A program made the position numbers and the translations under genes. Positions 24,165-34,914 of a DNA stretch of 64,000 nt are shown here, piece after piece (position 1 is the first letter of the stretch; every line of letters starts with the position of its first letter). The notes below the pieces were generated by a model that made no database searches, was not told where the DNA came from, and saw only the letters and a list, made by a program, of their open reading frames with translations. Source of the DNA: Williopsis jadinii (Eukaryota); assembly GCA_024346625.1 (NCBI GenBank), contig AP024664.1, positions 186,001 to 250,000 on the forward strand, in the 5' to 3' direction.

Positions 24165-25928
24165 ATGAAGAGTATAACGGTGCTGGCTGTGCTCTCTGTG
24201 CTTTCACAACTGTCCCATGCGGTTTGGGATACTTTATACACGCCGGGGTCCAACCAGACGTACTTACGGCTTTCTACAGATGATATTGTCTTCTTGAGTC
24301 TTGAAGATATCGCATCAATTGACGAGCTGATCATCACCGAAGATGATATTATTGATGCTCCGACGACTGAAGATTTTGCCCTAGGGTTGGCCAATGATGA
24401 CCTCTTTGCAATTCACAATTCATCCTCCGGTGCTATTGAGATCTCCCAGTATAAAGATGATGGCTGGAGGGTGATAGAGTACAACACTACACTCCCTCAA
24501 AACGAAACTGTGTACTTTGCAGATCCAACAGTTATGACCACGTTTGACGAGTCGTCCGGATGTGAACTGTTGTACATACTTGGAGGGGTCTCCAATGGCA
24601 CAGTCACCAATAGAATCCTGGAATTCAATCCTCTTCGTGGGACTGTGAGCTTGATCATCACGTCGGTATCACCGACTGCATTCTATGGCGCCTCCAGCAC
24701 CATTGGCGATTCCCAGCTGAATTCAAATGTTGTGATTGGTGGGAAGGCCTCATCTGGGTGGGTTGGCATGTTTCAAATTGCCATCTGGGAGTACAAATCA
24801 TGGACATTTAAGACTGTACAGAGCAGTGCTTTTAGTGTGAATTCAAGGATTTATCCTTTGGTGCTAAGTTCTTTCAAAGACGAAGAGCTCACCAGTGTGC
24901 TGGTGCTTGGTGGTGTCCTAGGTGACTCCAATTCGAGTCCTTATGTCCTGTCTTTAAACACTACAGATAGTTGGTATTGGAGCAATTACACCGATCTTGG
25001 AGACTTTGATATTGCAAACTGTGTTGGAGGAGTCATAATTAACGGTGTGTTGTTGAGTGTAAATGAGCAGACCAACAAAAGAGATGGTAGCTATGGAATT
25101 GAGCTTTTCGATGTTGACAGTATGAAGAGCACAGACAGTATACCAGGGTTGATTGTCGCATCTTCAACACAACAGCTAGTCACATCTGCTTCTACTGTAA
25201 CATCATCTGTGCTTCCATCGTCATCATCAGTGCCGTCATCAATGCTTCCATCGTCATCATCACAGTCCACACACACATCAACTTCAAGCTCATACACTTT
25301 GACGATAGTTCTGGCCGTCATACTACCAGTTCTTGTCATCTCAGCAACTTCCATCGCTGTGTTCTTCATCTACATCAGATGGAAACGGAGTAGAAACATT
25401 GGACTATCTTCTGAGCCCGGCACTGATACAGACTCTGAATATTACAGGGCTATCAGCTCGTTTGAAAACAGCTCCATCTCGTCGTGGGATCTAAGGAGAA
25501 AGGAGTATACAGCTTCTTCAATCAATCTACAGTCTCCAAAATTGGTGCACGTGAAGACAGGACTCCAGAGCCCTACACCTTTTGCAAACCCTGATGATTA
25601 TGAAGACCTCCAGGCACTATCACCAAAGAAAGAGAACGGTGCAAGCCTCTTGACTCTTACACCACCTTATTCCTCGTCACCTAAGGACGACGAGTGTATT
25701 GACGAATTCTTCTCGGACAGGGAGGTCCAGGTGCTTGTCTCTACAAGGAGAAGGTCAGAGCTGAGGGTCATGAATCCAGATGCCGATAACATCTCAGTAT
25801 TGGACAGTAGGAAAGACCAAGAGACGAGTGATTGTGAGACTGTATGCTTCCCCGATGAAAGCTCTCTGGGACTTGGAGAAGGATTCGATATCGATAAGGA
25901 CCTAAAGGAAATCATGGACAAGTTATAA
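24165..25928 (+). CDS. Type I membrane protein with Kelch/galactose-oxidase-like extracellular propeller, S/T stalk and cytoplasmic tail
   Basis: ATG 24165 gives signal peptide MKSITVLAVLSVLSQLSHA. Kelch-like LYILGG, VVIGG, LVLGG motifs; Ser-rich linker; TM IVLAVILPVLVISATSIAVFFIYI followed by RWKRSR. Confidence 0.75.
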   Translation: MKSITVLAVLSVLSQLSHAVWDTLYTPGSNQTYLRLSTDDIVFLSLEDIASIDELIITEDDIIDAPTTEDFALGLANDDLFAIHNSSSGAIEISQYKDDGWRVIEYNTTLPQNETVYFADPTVMTTFDESSGCELLYILGGVSNGTVTNRILEFNPLRGTVSLIITSVSPTAFYGASSTIGDSQLNSNVVIGGKASSGWVGMFQIAIWEYKSWTFKTVQSSAFSVNSRIYPLVLSSFKDEELTSVLVLGGVLGDSNSSPYVLSLNTTDSWYWSNYTDLGDFDIANCVGGVIINGVLLSVNEQTNKRDGSYGIELFDVDSMKSTDSIPGLIVASSTQQLVTSASTVTSSVLPSSSSVPSSMLPSSSSQSTHTSTSSSYTLTIVLAVILPVLVISATSIAVFFIYIRWKRSRNIGLSSEPGTDTDSEYYRAISSFENSSISSWDLRRKEYTASSINLQSPKLVHVKTGLQSPTPFANPDDYEDLQALSPKKENGASLLTLTPPYSSSPKDDECIDEFFSDREVQVLVSTRRRSELRVMNPDADNISVLDSRKDQETSDCETVCFPDESSLGLGEGFDIDKDLKEIMDKL

Positions 25929-25976
25929 CTGTATTAATATTGTGATGTATTCTCTCTATACGTACCCTCTAGTGCT

Positions 25977-26652
25977 TCATGACAAGCTATTCTTAGGAAC
26001 CTCAGGGAACATTGACGCATCTTTGATGTTTGTATAGTCATTTGTGCGTTTACCACTTGGCTTTGGCGAATTCTTCTTATTCTTCCTCATCTCGAAGATC
26101 TGAGCGTTGAGCTCAAACCATTTGGGGCCTCTCGCTAGTGCTGTTTCGTAGCTGGAACCCTTCGAGGTCAATTCATCAAGCTTCTGCTTATCTGACCTCT
26201 CCTGCTCCTTGGGATCCACCGAGGCATCTTGGTCGCCGGTCTCCTTCTTCGAGGACGAGCTCCACGACTTGGTGTAGCTCATCAACTTATCCCAGCCCGC
26301 GTATCTGTTCTTCTCATCCCATCTCATCCTCAATCGCTTAATCTCCTGATCCACCTGCTGCTTCTGCCTTTGCGCTTCCAGATACTCCTCGTCCGTCGCT
26401 GTCGCAAAGTTCGGGTCGCTCAGATGACTGTCACACGTATAGAAGAAGTCCTTCGCATATCTGTTTGTTAGGATCGAGCCCTTGTACATTCCGTATCCAT
26501 ATACCCTTAGAGAGACAAACTATACATCATCACACGAAACTCACCTGTTGATCCGGTGTTATTAGAACAGCAGTCGTTGGCTTGTAGCAAAACGCACAGG
26601 GCTTCGCGTCCACCTGGGCCACTCTACGCAGTTGGTACTTATTGGTGAGCAT
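25977..26652 (-). CDS. VFA1: Vps4-associated protein 1 (DUF1742), two exons: 26652-26545 and 26450-25977, 193 aa
   Basis: Exon 1 MLTNKYQLRRVAQVDAKPCAFCYKPTTAVLITPDQQ joins in phase 0 to DFFYTCDSHLSDPNFAT, restoring the CxxCxKP...DFFYxCxxHL signature. C-terminal FPEVPKN. S. cerevisiae VFA1 also lies near GLC7. Confidence 0.8.
26451..26544 (-). other. Spliceosomal intron of VFA1 (94 nt)
   Basis: Donor GTGAGT at 26544, branch-like TCCTAAC at 26473-26467, in-frame acceptor AAG ending at 26451. Confidence 0.72.
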
Positions 26653-27616
26653 TGCTATTAGGAAAGCACCGGTTTGCAGAGTCCAAGTGATGGAAGCCGG
26701 TGTGTGGAGAGCAGGCCGTGAAGCTGTGAAGTGTGTGTTTGTTGTGGTTGTTGCCCCGGAGGCAGGGGTGGATGAGGTGTCTGGATGTTTATTACATAAG
26801 CAGGCTCTACGTTGAGCTGAAAGCACAATGTATTTTGGAAAGGTTACCCTACCGTAGAATAGCAGGGAGAGAAAAGCGCGTTGGTTTCCCGTTTGGACGG
26901 GGCGAGAGTGCGAAAAAATGCGGGAAACAGGGAGTGTCTACGCAAGTGGGAGTTGCCGAATGCGGTAAGTGTAAATGAAACAGGCCCCGCGCGCGGTGCC
27001 GGCGCGTGTTTGCACGACTTTTGCATCTTGTTTGCCCTATTTGGCACAACCAGTTGGGATACGAGGCCCTAAGGATCGTTGAACGGGGTTGGCTATCCAA
27101 TTGCACTCCGGAGCGCAGCCATACAAACCCACTGGAACAATCTGCTATTCACACCACACGCGTAGAGGTGGCATAAATGCCACCGGTGCGCCAGTTTAGT
27201 AAGCAAAAGCAACTCCTCCAGACACATCTGTAAACATCCAGACACCAAAACCACTGCGTGCTTTTTCGCCCTGTTCCTTTTGAACAGCGCACCCGCTTTT
27301 TGTTTTCGTTTTTGCCCTCCTCAAAAAAATTTTCTTTCCCTGTTTGCCGCCATCCCTCTCCCCCTTCGTTTTTGTACCTTGTTTTTTTTGGGTAACCTCC
27401 CTGCTCCCCCTTAAAATCAACAGGAAAATAAACAAAGCAAGCTAAGCGCCCATTCCAACCGCCACGCTAGCGCCAACTTCGACTTCGACTTCAACACCAA
27501 AGAGCTTCTTGCCATCATCTTCTAAGCCGAAGCATCTCCCGCTGACACGTAGCTAAGAGGAGAGAAAGAACTTGCGGAACAACGAACAGCGAGAAATACT
27601 ACCAAGAGGACACGAC

Positions 27617-28600
27617 ATGGCTGAAGAACCGGAAGCAGATCTCGACTCCATTGTGGATAGACTACTGGAGGTCCGTGGCTCAAGACCGGGAGACCAGGTG
27701 CAACTGGAGGAGTACGAGATTCGTTTCCTGTGTAAGAAGGCGAGAGAGATTTTCATCCAGCAGCCGATTTTGCTGGAGCTGGAGGCGCCAATAAAAATCT
27801 GTGGTGATATCCATGGCCAGTACTACGACTTGTTACGACTGTTTGAGTACGGTGGGTTCCCACCGGAGTCAAACTACCTGTTCTTAGGAGACTACGTGGA
27901 CCGTGGAAAGCAGTCGCTTGAAACGATCTGTCTCCTGTTGGCGTACAAAATCAAATACCCGGAGAACTTCTTCATCCTGAGAGGTAACCACGAGTGTGCG
28001 TCGATTAACCGTATCTACGGTTTCTACGATGAGTGTAAGAGAAGATACAACATCAAGCTTTGGAAGACCTTCACCGACTGTTTTAACTGTTTACCTATTG
28101 CTGCCATCATTGACGAGAAAATCTTCACTATGCACGGTGGGTTGTCACCTGACTTGAACTCGATGGAGCAGATTAGACGTGTTATGCGTCCAACAGATAT
28201 CCCAGATGTCGGGTTGTTGTGTGATTTACTGTGGTCAGACCCAGATAAAGACATCACAGGCTGGTCTGAGAACGACCGTGGTGTCAGTTTCACATTTGGA
28301 CCTGATGTCGTTTCAAGATTTCTGCAGAAACATGATATGGATTTGATTTGCAGAGCTCATCAAGTTGTTGAAGATGGTTACGAATTCTTCTCAAAGAGAC
28401 AACTAGTGACCTTGTTCAGTGCTCCTAATTACTGTGGTGAGTTTGACAACGCTGGTGCTATGATGTCTGTTGATGAGAGCTTACTATGCTCTTTCCAAAT
28501 CTTGAAACCTGCTGAGAAGAAGCCAAAGTACAACTATGATGCTGTTTCACAACAAAGAGCTGCTACTCCTCAAAAGAAACAGAAGAAACAAGCCAAATGA
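27617..28600 (+). CDS. GLC7: Protein phosphatase 1 catalytic subunit
   Basis: [31 protein letters not shown] motifs. ATG at 27617 ([21 protein letters not shown]). Uninterrupted ORF. Confidence 0.98.
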   Translation: MAEEPEADLDSIVDRLLEVRGSRPGDQVQLEEYEIRFLCKKAREIFIQQPILLELEAPIKICGDIHGQYYDLLRLFEYGGFPPESNYLFLGDYVDRGKQSLETICLLLAYKIKYPENFFILRGNHECASINRIYGFYDECKRRYNIKLWKTFTDCFNCLPIAAIIDEKIFTMHGGLSPDLNSMEQIRRVMRPTDIPDVGLLCDLLWSDPDKDITGWSENDRGVSFTFGPDVVSRFLQKHDMDLICRAHQVVEDGYEFFSKRQLVTLFSAPNYCGEFDNAGAMMSVDESLLCSFQILKPAEKKPKYNYDAVSQQRAATPQKKQKKQAK

Positions 28601-29022
28601 ATTGCTCTTACTACTATTATACATGACTTTACTCTTCATTGTCCAAGTTGTTTGTCTATTTTCAATCTCTTGTTTCTTTTTGCCCCATTTTTGTTTTCAT
28701 GTTGTTGTTTTCTTCCCTTCCTTGGTTCCAAATCTATCTGGTTTTCCATCATTTGCTCATCGTTGTATCGGCTCTTGATCTCAATGTTGATTTTAAAAAA
28801 CTGTTCCACTGAGCCCTCCACCAAACTTGTCATTTACCTTTTGTACACTAGATGATCTTCATATGATTTCATTGCACTGGTTTTTTATTGTTATTAGATC
28901 TTTGTTGTTTATTATCCTGGTGATGTTACAATGCTACAAAAAAAACAACAAAACAGAACGATGAAACATACACATTCATACACATACACGGATATATGGA
29001 CACACGAATTATATACATCTAT

Positions 29023-29277
29023 TATCACATTTCATGAGGACTTCATTCATTTTCACAAACAGCCTTTGACGCTTGATTCTTTACCCATGGCAGATCTACA
29101 TTTTCAATGTGAAGAAGGAAAGTGTGATTGAGTACACTTCCATGAGAGGTGATATCGAATTACATTTTTTATCTTTTATTGAATCACATGGGGAAATTCC
29201 CTATGCAAAGATCCTTTTCTCGCCTTTCCTATGAAAGAGAAGAAGGGCATCGGAGGAATTGTTTTCGATCCTGTGTT
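29023..29277. ncRNA. Candidate structured non-coding RNA (two adjacent long stem-loop domains), identity unknown
   Basis: TATCACATTTCATG (29023-36) pairs with CATGAGAGGTGATA (29141-54), enclosing an AAGTGT/ACACTT hairpin. Second hairpin AATTCC(29195)..ATGC..CTTTC-CTAT-GAAAG..GCAT..GGAATT(29260). Pairing found by eye only. Confidence 0.35.
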
Positions 29278-30475
29278 GGGGAAGAATTTGAGGTGTTTGT
29301 TGTACATTTTGAAGTTCATCAACTTGTTGGTGTATATATAGATATATAGTTCTCGTGTCTGTTCCTTTATGTCTTTCTTTTTGTACATACGTTACATACT
29401 TTCCACACTTGTTTACTCCCACATTTGATTTGCGATACAGTTGTGTTGCTGTTGCTGTTGCTGTCTTACATTCTGATGACTTTGCTTTCTCTGTTTGTTT
29501 TTACGTTTTACTCTTACTTTTCGGTTTCATACTACAGTTTCCATTAGACGGGGACTATATATGAAATAATGGACATTAGAACAATCGTGTAAGCACTTTT
29601 GCAATGAGGAATGGAGGAGAGTGCAGTCATGTTGGATTTTTTTTTGTCAGTTTTGGAAGGGTGTGCTTGAATGTTGGCGTTGATGTGTTGATGATGAGGG
29701 TTACTGATTATGTCACTTGTGATGAATGGCATTTTGGAGGGGGAATTACGTGGAGGTTTGTTTATAAATCCGGAGCTGTGTTTCTTTTAATGACACGCTT
29801 TGATGCTGCCTAGGCAGATTATATACCAAGGGAAATGGATGATTCAAGTTAAACTTATTTACGCTAAACACTGTAGTAGCTAATGTGTATATATAGAGGC
29901 GCGCCAACGTCATCGATGGCGGTGATACACTCTGGGAATAGGCATTTTTCAACTAAATAGCGATAGAAATCGGTTCGACTATAGTTCAGTGATATCTAAA
30001 CACAATAGTAAAAACCCAGAACTGGAACCAGTAAGTACACCTCGTGGAAAGTGTTTGCTTATCTCTCAATTTGCAGAGATCAGTGGTTTCATATGAATTA
30101 GAAATGGTTGCGTCAGGAAACATCCAAACAACACTGTGACTGCGGAATTCTGAAAATTGCGCAGTTTTCATTCCCAAACAAGGAACCATCCGAACACCAC
30201 TGCCCGTAGGGGAAAGTCTGCTTTTTTTTCTCGCCACTTGGTACCAAAATTTGTGTTGCCGTGCCAATGGATTTGCGCGAATCGTAGCTGCGAAAATTTG
30301 CGGAAAACATCACCAATTCGGGGTTCTTTTTTTGGCGGGCAGTTGCGCCAAAAGTTGAAAAGAAACGCAAAACTATCGACAAAAGTGAAAAATTCCCAAC
30401 GCACAGTGAAAAACTTCAACTTCTGCCTTTTGGTTTTTTTTGGTTTTTTGTTGAAGGTATTCAAGAAAGAACAAA

Positions 30476-31128
30476 ATGGTGCGTTAATACGTTAAAGGTG
30501 GTGACGAAGTACGGTTTGGAGACATTAGAGTGAATGTTAAAGACGGAATGGATCATATGAGAGAGATTTGAGCTTCGTAACGTTATTGGAAGGTTAGATA
30601 TGAAGGGTTTTAGTGTTTGAATACCGACTAAGTGGCAAAGTAACGACAAAAAAAGGCCCTTGTATTACATGAGATATTGATCACGAAGGAGCATCTATTC
30701 ATATCATGAGTGCTTACTAGCGAGATACACTAATGCTCGAGGTCTTACAAGACCGTCCCAGAACTGTTATATATACTCTTGTCCACGCTATTCCAGTGCT
30801 CTCTCCATGTTGTTTCCAAACCGTACATTCATCACGTATAACCATTACAAAGAGTTTTTTACTAACATATCCATGTTTGCAGGTTTTAGTTCAAGATTTG
30901 TTGCACCCATCTGCTGCCACTGAGGCCAAGCAACACAAGCTTAAGACATTGGTTCAAGGTCCAAGATCCTACTTCATGGATGTTAAATGTCCAGGTTGTT
31001 TGAACATCACCACTGTTTTCTCTCACGCACAAACAGCTGTTACCTGTGACTCCTGTGCCACTGTCCTCACCACCCCAACTGGTGGTAAGGCCAAGTTGAC
31101 TGAGGGTTCATCTTTCAGAAGAAAATAA
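30476..31128 (+). CDS. RPS27: 40S ribosomal protein S27 (eS27); exon 1 = ATG 30476-30478, exon 2 = 30883-31128, 82 aa
   Basis: [40 protein letters not shown]...SFRRK. Intron immediately follows the ATG. Confidence 0.95.
30479..30882 (+). other. Spliceosomal intron of RPS27 (404 nt)
   Basis: Donor GTGCGT at 30479, canonical TACTAAC at 30860-30866, acceptor CAG at 30880-30882. Confidence 0.85.
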
Positions 31129-31340
31129 ACAAGTATAGTTGTTATTTGAAACAATTTATCATTAATTGACTAGAAGAAACTGGCTGGTTTTGTGGGAGAT
31201 ATCTGTACAATTTGGTATTTCTAGAATGCATTTACGAAAGTTTTTGAAGATCACATTGTAGAGTTAGTTCAAAGCTGGATATGTAGTAGTGAATTGGTCA
31301 AGGATATTACTTCATATTTGCTTCATAGCTATTAATTGAT

Positions 31341-31402
31341 CACGTGAATCATTTATATTGTGCACGTGAATTTACCTACAAATCCACGTGAGCGAGCACG
31401 TG
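31341..31402. promoter_or_regulatory. Four clustered CACGTG E-boxes upstream of EMP24
   Basis: CACGTG at 31341, 31363, 31385 and 31397. Confidence 0.55.
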
Positions 31403-31607
31403 ATGATCTCAACTGACACGAAACTTTTCGAACACGTCCGCAAAGCAAAGGATGGAAAGTCATAGGGAATTTCCCTCCAGATCGAGAACTTTTTGACGTG
31501 TTTTGCTGTTTTTTTCTCTCTTTCCTTTGTTATTTCCTGCTCAGTACACCAGGCTCATCATCAATTGATCCGTTTGTTTTGATTGGCTTCAATTGTACAA
31601 GGACAAC

Positions 31608-32216
31608 ATGTTCAACCTACGTATTCTGCTGGCCGTTGTGGTGTCTTTCGTTACTGTTGTGTCCGCACACAACGTGCTACTTCCAGCCCATGGCAAGCGT
31701 TGTTTCTTTGAGGATTTGAAGAAAGGTGACGAACTTGCTGTTAGTTTCCAATTTGGTAACAGAAACTCCCAGTCCAGTGAGCAGCTCAAGGGAGACTTCA
31801 CCGTGTGGTCGCCTTCAGGAACAGCTCTGAAGACAGAATACGATGTTTCCCACGGTGACGTTTCTGTCAAGGCAAAGCACACAGGTAAGCACAAGTACTG
31901 CTTCTCCAACGAGCGTTCTTCAGTCGACACAAAGGACGTGTCTTTCAACATCCACGGTGTTCTCTACGTGGACATCAACGACCCAGAGAACGACTCCCTC
32001 GATGCTGCTGTGAGAAGACTGGCTGTGTTGACCAACGACGTCAAGAACGAACAAGGCTACATCGTGGTCAGAGAGAGAACACACAGAAACACTGCGGAGT
32101 CGACAAACTCAAGAGTCAAGTGGTGGTCCATCATGCAATTGCTCATTGTCCTGTTCAACTCTGCCTTCCAGATCTACTACTTGAAGCGTTTCTTTGAAGT
32201 CAAGAGCATCGTTTGA
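31608..32216 (+). CDS. EMP24: p24 family ER-Golgi cargo receptor
   Basis: Signal peptide, HNVLLPAHGKRCFFE, GOLD domain, RERTHRNTAESTNSRVKWWS, tail YLKRFFEVKSIV. ATG at 31608. Confidence 0.93.
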   Translation: MFNLRILLAVVVSFVTVVSAHNVLLPAHGKRCFFEDLKKGDELAVSFQFGNRNSQSSEQLKGDFTVWSPSGTALKTEYDVSHGDVSVKAKHTGKHKYCFSNERSSVDTKDVSFNIHGVLYVDINDPENDSLDAAVRRLAVLTNDVKNEQGYIVVRERTHRNTAESTNSRVKWWSIMQLLIVLFNSAFQIYYLKRFFEVKSIV

Positions 32217-32490
32217 GACCGGCTCTTCTCCCAGTGTACATACACACTCCATAATACATGCTATGGCTAGCGTTAACATACACTTTAGTCTCATCTTACT
32301 GGCCAATTGGATCATTGATCAAAAGTCCATCACCAGTAGTAAATAGCATCCATAGTGAGCGCGGCGCGCGCTCATAACCACTTCCCTTTTCGGAGTATTC
32401 ATAATATGTCTCTGAAACTTTTTCCTCAACTTGCCCAATTTCCATCAATTCAGTGGAAGAACAACCTCCAGAAGTAGCTGATTGACAAGG

Positions 32491-34836
32491 ATGAAGTTCT
32501 TCATAGACGATCTGCCGGTGCTTTTCCCCTATCCGAGGATTTATCCCGAACAGTATGCGTATATGTCTGATATCAAGAAGACGTTAGACGTTGGAGGCAA
32601 TGCCATATTGGAAATGCCCTCAGGAACAGGCAAGACTGTGTCGCTGCTGTCGCTGACAGTGGCGTACCAGATGCACTACCCTGAGCATAGGAAGATCGTG
32701 TACTGTTCTCGTACCATGAGTGAGATCGAGAAAGCGTTGATCGAGCTAAAGGGGTTGATGGAGTACAGGGCAAGGGAGCTGGGCTACGTTGAAGACTTTA
32801 GAGGGCTGGGGCTGACGTCCAGAAAGAATCTGTGCTTGAACCCGAGTGTGAACAAGGAGAGAAAGGGCACCGTCGTGGATGAGAAGTGCCGTCGTATGAC
32901 GAATGGCCTGGCCAAGAAACGGATAGAGGAGGATGGTGCTACGGATGTTGAGCTCTGTGAGTACCATGAAAACCTGTACGAATTAGAGCCCGATAACTTG
33001 GTTCCTCCGGGGGTTTATTCCTTTGAGAGATTGACAGAGTATTGCAAGGACAAGAAGACGTGTCCTTACTTCACCATCCGTCGTATGATCCCATTCTGCA
33101 ACATCATCATTTACTCATACCATTATTTGCTGGATCCCAAAATCTCCGAAAGAGTGTCACAGGAGCTGTCCAAGGATGCCATTGTCATCTTTGACGAGGC
33201 CCACAACATCGACAACGTGTGTATAGAGTCTTTGTCACTGGATCTAACTAATGATATGCTCAAGAAGGCGTCGAGAGGTGCAACGTCCCTGAACAGGAGA
33301 ATTGATGATGTCAAGAAGACGGACGCAAAGAAACTACAAGACGAATACGACAAGCTTGTGCAAGGACTATCAGCCCAGGAGATCATCAATAACGATGAAG
33401 ATGCTATGGAAACTCCCGTGCTGTCGAGTGATCTTCTGAAGGAGGCAGTTCCTGGTAATATCAGAAGAGCTGAGCACTTTGTTGCATTCTTAAAGAGGTT
33501 TATCGAATACCTAAAGACCAAGATGAAAGTGCTCAGTGTCACGTCTGAAACACCGACAATGTTCCTACAAAAGCTGAAGGAGTTGACGTTCATCGAGAGG
33601 AAGCCCCTGAGGTTCTGTGCTGAAAGATTCTCTCTACTCGTTAGAACTCTGGAGATTCAAGATATAGAAGAATACGCAGCATTGAAGGACATCACGAAGT
33701 TTGCGACTCTGGTGTCAACATATGAACAAGGGTTCCAGCTCATCTTGGAGCCCTATGAGACGGAAAATGCCACGGTGCCTAACCCAATCTTGAGGTTCAC
33801 GTGTCTTGATGCCTCTATCGCCATAAAGCCCATCTTTGAGAAGTTTTCATCGGTGATCATCACTTCAGGAACCATCTCTCCATTGGATATGTATCCGAGA
33901 ATGCTGGACTTTGAGACAGTGATCCAAGAGTCGTACACCATGACACTTGCTAAGAAGTCTTTCTTGCCAATGATTATCACAAAGGGCTCAGACCAGGTTG
34001 CCATATCTTCGAGATTTGAGATCAGAAACGATCCGAGTATCGTAAGAAACTACGGATCGATGTTAATTGAATTCGCAAAGATAACACCAGATGGGCTCGT
34101 CGTTTTCTTTCCATCATATCTTTACATGGAGAGCATCATCTCCATGTGGCAATCTATGCACATACTTGATGAAGTATGGAAGTATAAGCTTATCCTTGTG
34201 GAGACGCCAGATGCCCAGGAAACGGCACTGGCACTAGAGACTTATAGAACTGCTTGTTCCAATGGACGAGGTGCTGTGTTACTATCAGTGGCCAGAGGAA
34301 AAGTCTCTGAAGGTATTGATTTTGACCATCAATACGGACGTACCGTTCTCATGATTGGTATCCCGTTCCAATATACCGAGTCAAGAATACTGAAAGCACG
34401 CTTAGAATTCTTAAGAGACCATTACCAGATCAGAGAGAATGACTTTCTATCTTTCGATGCAATGAGACATGCTGCTCAGTGCTTGGGACGAGTTCTCAGA
34501 GGTAAAGACGATTACGGTATCATGGTGCTAGCAGACCGTCGTTTCGCCAGAAAGAAGAACCAATTGCCTAAGTGGATTGCCCAAGGATTGTCCGATGCTG
34601 ACGTTAACTTATCAACAGACATGGCCATTGCCAATGCCAAACAGTTCTTAAGAACCATGGCTCAACCACAGAATCCAAAGGATCAAGAAGGTGTTTCAAT
34701 ATGGGATATCAACCAATTACAGGCCTTCCAATTGGAACAGCAGCATCACCAGTTAGCTGAGATCGACGGGGATGGTGATGTTCCAATGCTTACGCATGAA
34801 GAAGAACTAGAACTTGCAGAGTTAAATGACCTTTGA
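32491..34836 (+). CDS. RAD3: TFIIH/NER 5'-3' DNA helicase XPD
   Basis: MKFFIDDLPVLFPYPRIYPEQY, LEMPSGTGKT, DEAH, RGKVSEGIDF, QCLGRVLRGKDDYG. ATG at 32491. Confidence 0.98.
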   Translation: MKFFIDDLPVLFPYPRIYPEQYAYMSDIKKTLDVGGNAILEMPSGTGKTVSLLSLTVAYQMHYPEHRKIVYCSRTMSEIEKALIELKGLMEYRARELGYVEDFRGLGLTSRKNLCLNPSVNKERKGTVVDEKCRRMTNGLAKKRIEEDGATDVELCEYHENLYELEPDNLVPPGVYSFERLTEYCKDKKTCPYFTIRRMIPFCNIIIYSYHYLLDPKISERVSQELSKDAIVIFDEAHNIDNVCIESLSLDLTNDMLKKASRGATSLNRRIDDVKKTDAKKLQDEYDKLVQGLSAQEIINNDEDAMETPVLSSDLLKEAVPGNIRRAEHFVAFLKRFIEYLKTKMKVLSVTSETPTMFLQKLKELTFIERKPLRFCAERFSLLVRTLEIQDIEEYAALKDITKFATLVSTYEQGFQLILEPYETENATVPNPILRFTCLDASIAIKPIFEKFSSVIITSGTISPLDMYPRMLDFETVIQESYTMTLAKKSFLPMIITKGSDQVAISSRFEIRNDPSIVRNYGSMLIEFAKITPDGLVVFFPSYLYMESIISMWQSMHILDEVWKYKLILVETPDAQETALALETYRTACSNGRGAVLLSVARGKVSEGIDFDHQYGRTVLMIGIPFQYTESRILKARLEFLRDHYQIRENDFLSFDAMRHAAQCLGRVLRGKDDYGIMVLADRRFARKKNQLPKWIAQGLSDADVNLSTDMAIANAKQFLRTMAQPQNPKDQEGVSIWDINQLQAFQLEQQHHQLAEIDGDGDVPMLTHEEELELAELNDL

Positions 34837-34914
34837 GAGCACGACAATGGTATCTATATGTATTTACACCAACAAGTGATTTTTCTCCAGGTGCCCCTTA
34901 ATTTCTGAAAGTAA

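Noticed and set aside
27199..27552. Possible 5'-UTR intron of GLC7 (GTAAGC ... GCTGAC...TAG)
   Set aside because: Both donor and branch are weak matches and the interval includes promoter motifs; unsupported without transcript data.
29691..29725. C-box-like ATGATGA/GTGATGA suggesting a C/D snoRNA (snR52/snR4 lie near GLC7 in S. cerevisiae)
   Set aside because: No suitably placed D box with an rRNA-complementary guide could be found.
29972..29981. GGTTCGACTA B-box-like sequence (tRNA?)
   Set aside because: No cloverleaf, A-box or acceptor stem around it.
30733..30882. ORF-track N-terminal extension of RPS27
   Set aside because: It is intron sequence containing the TACTAAC branch point.
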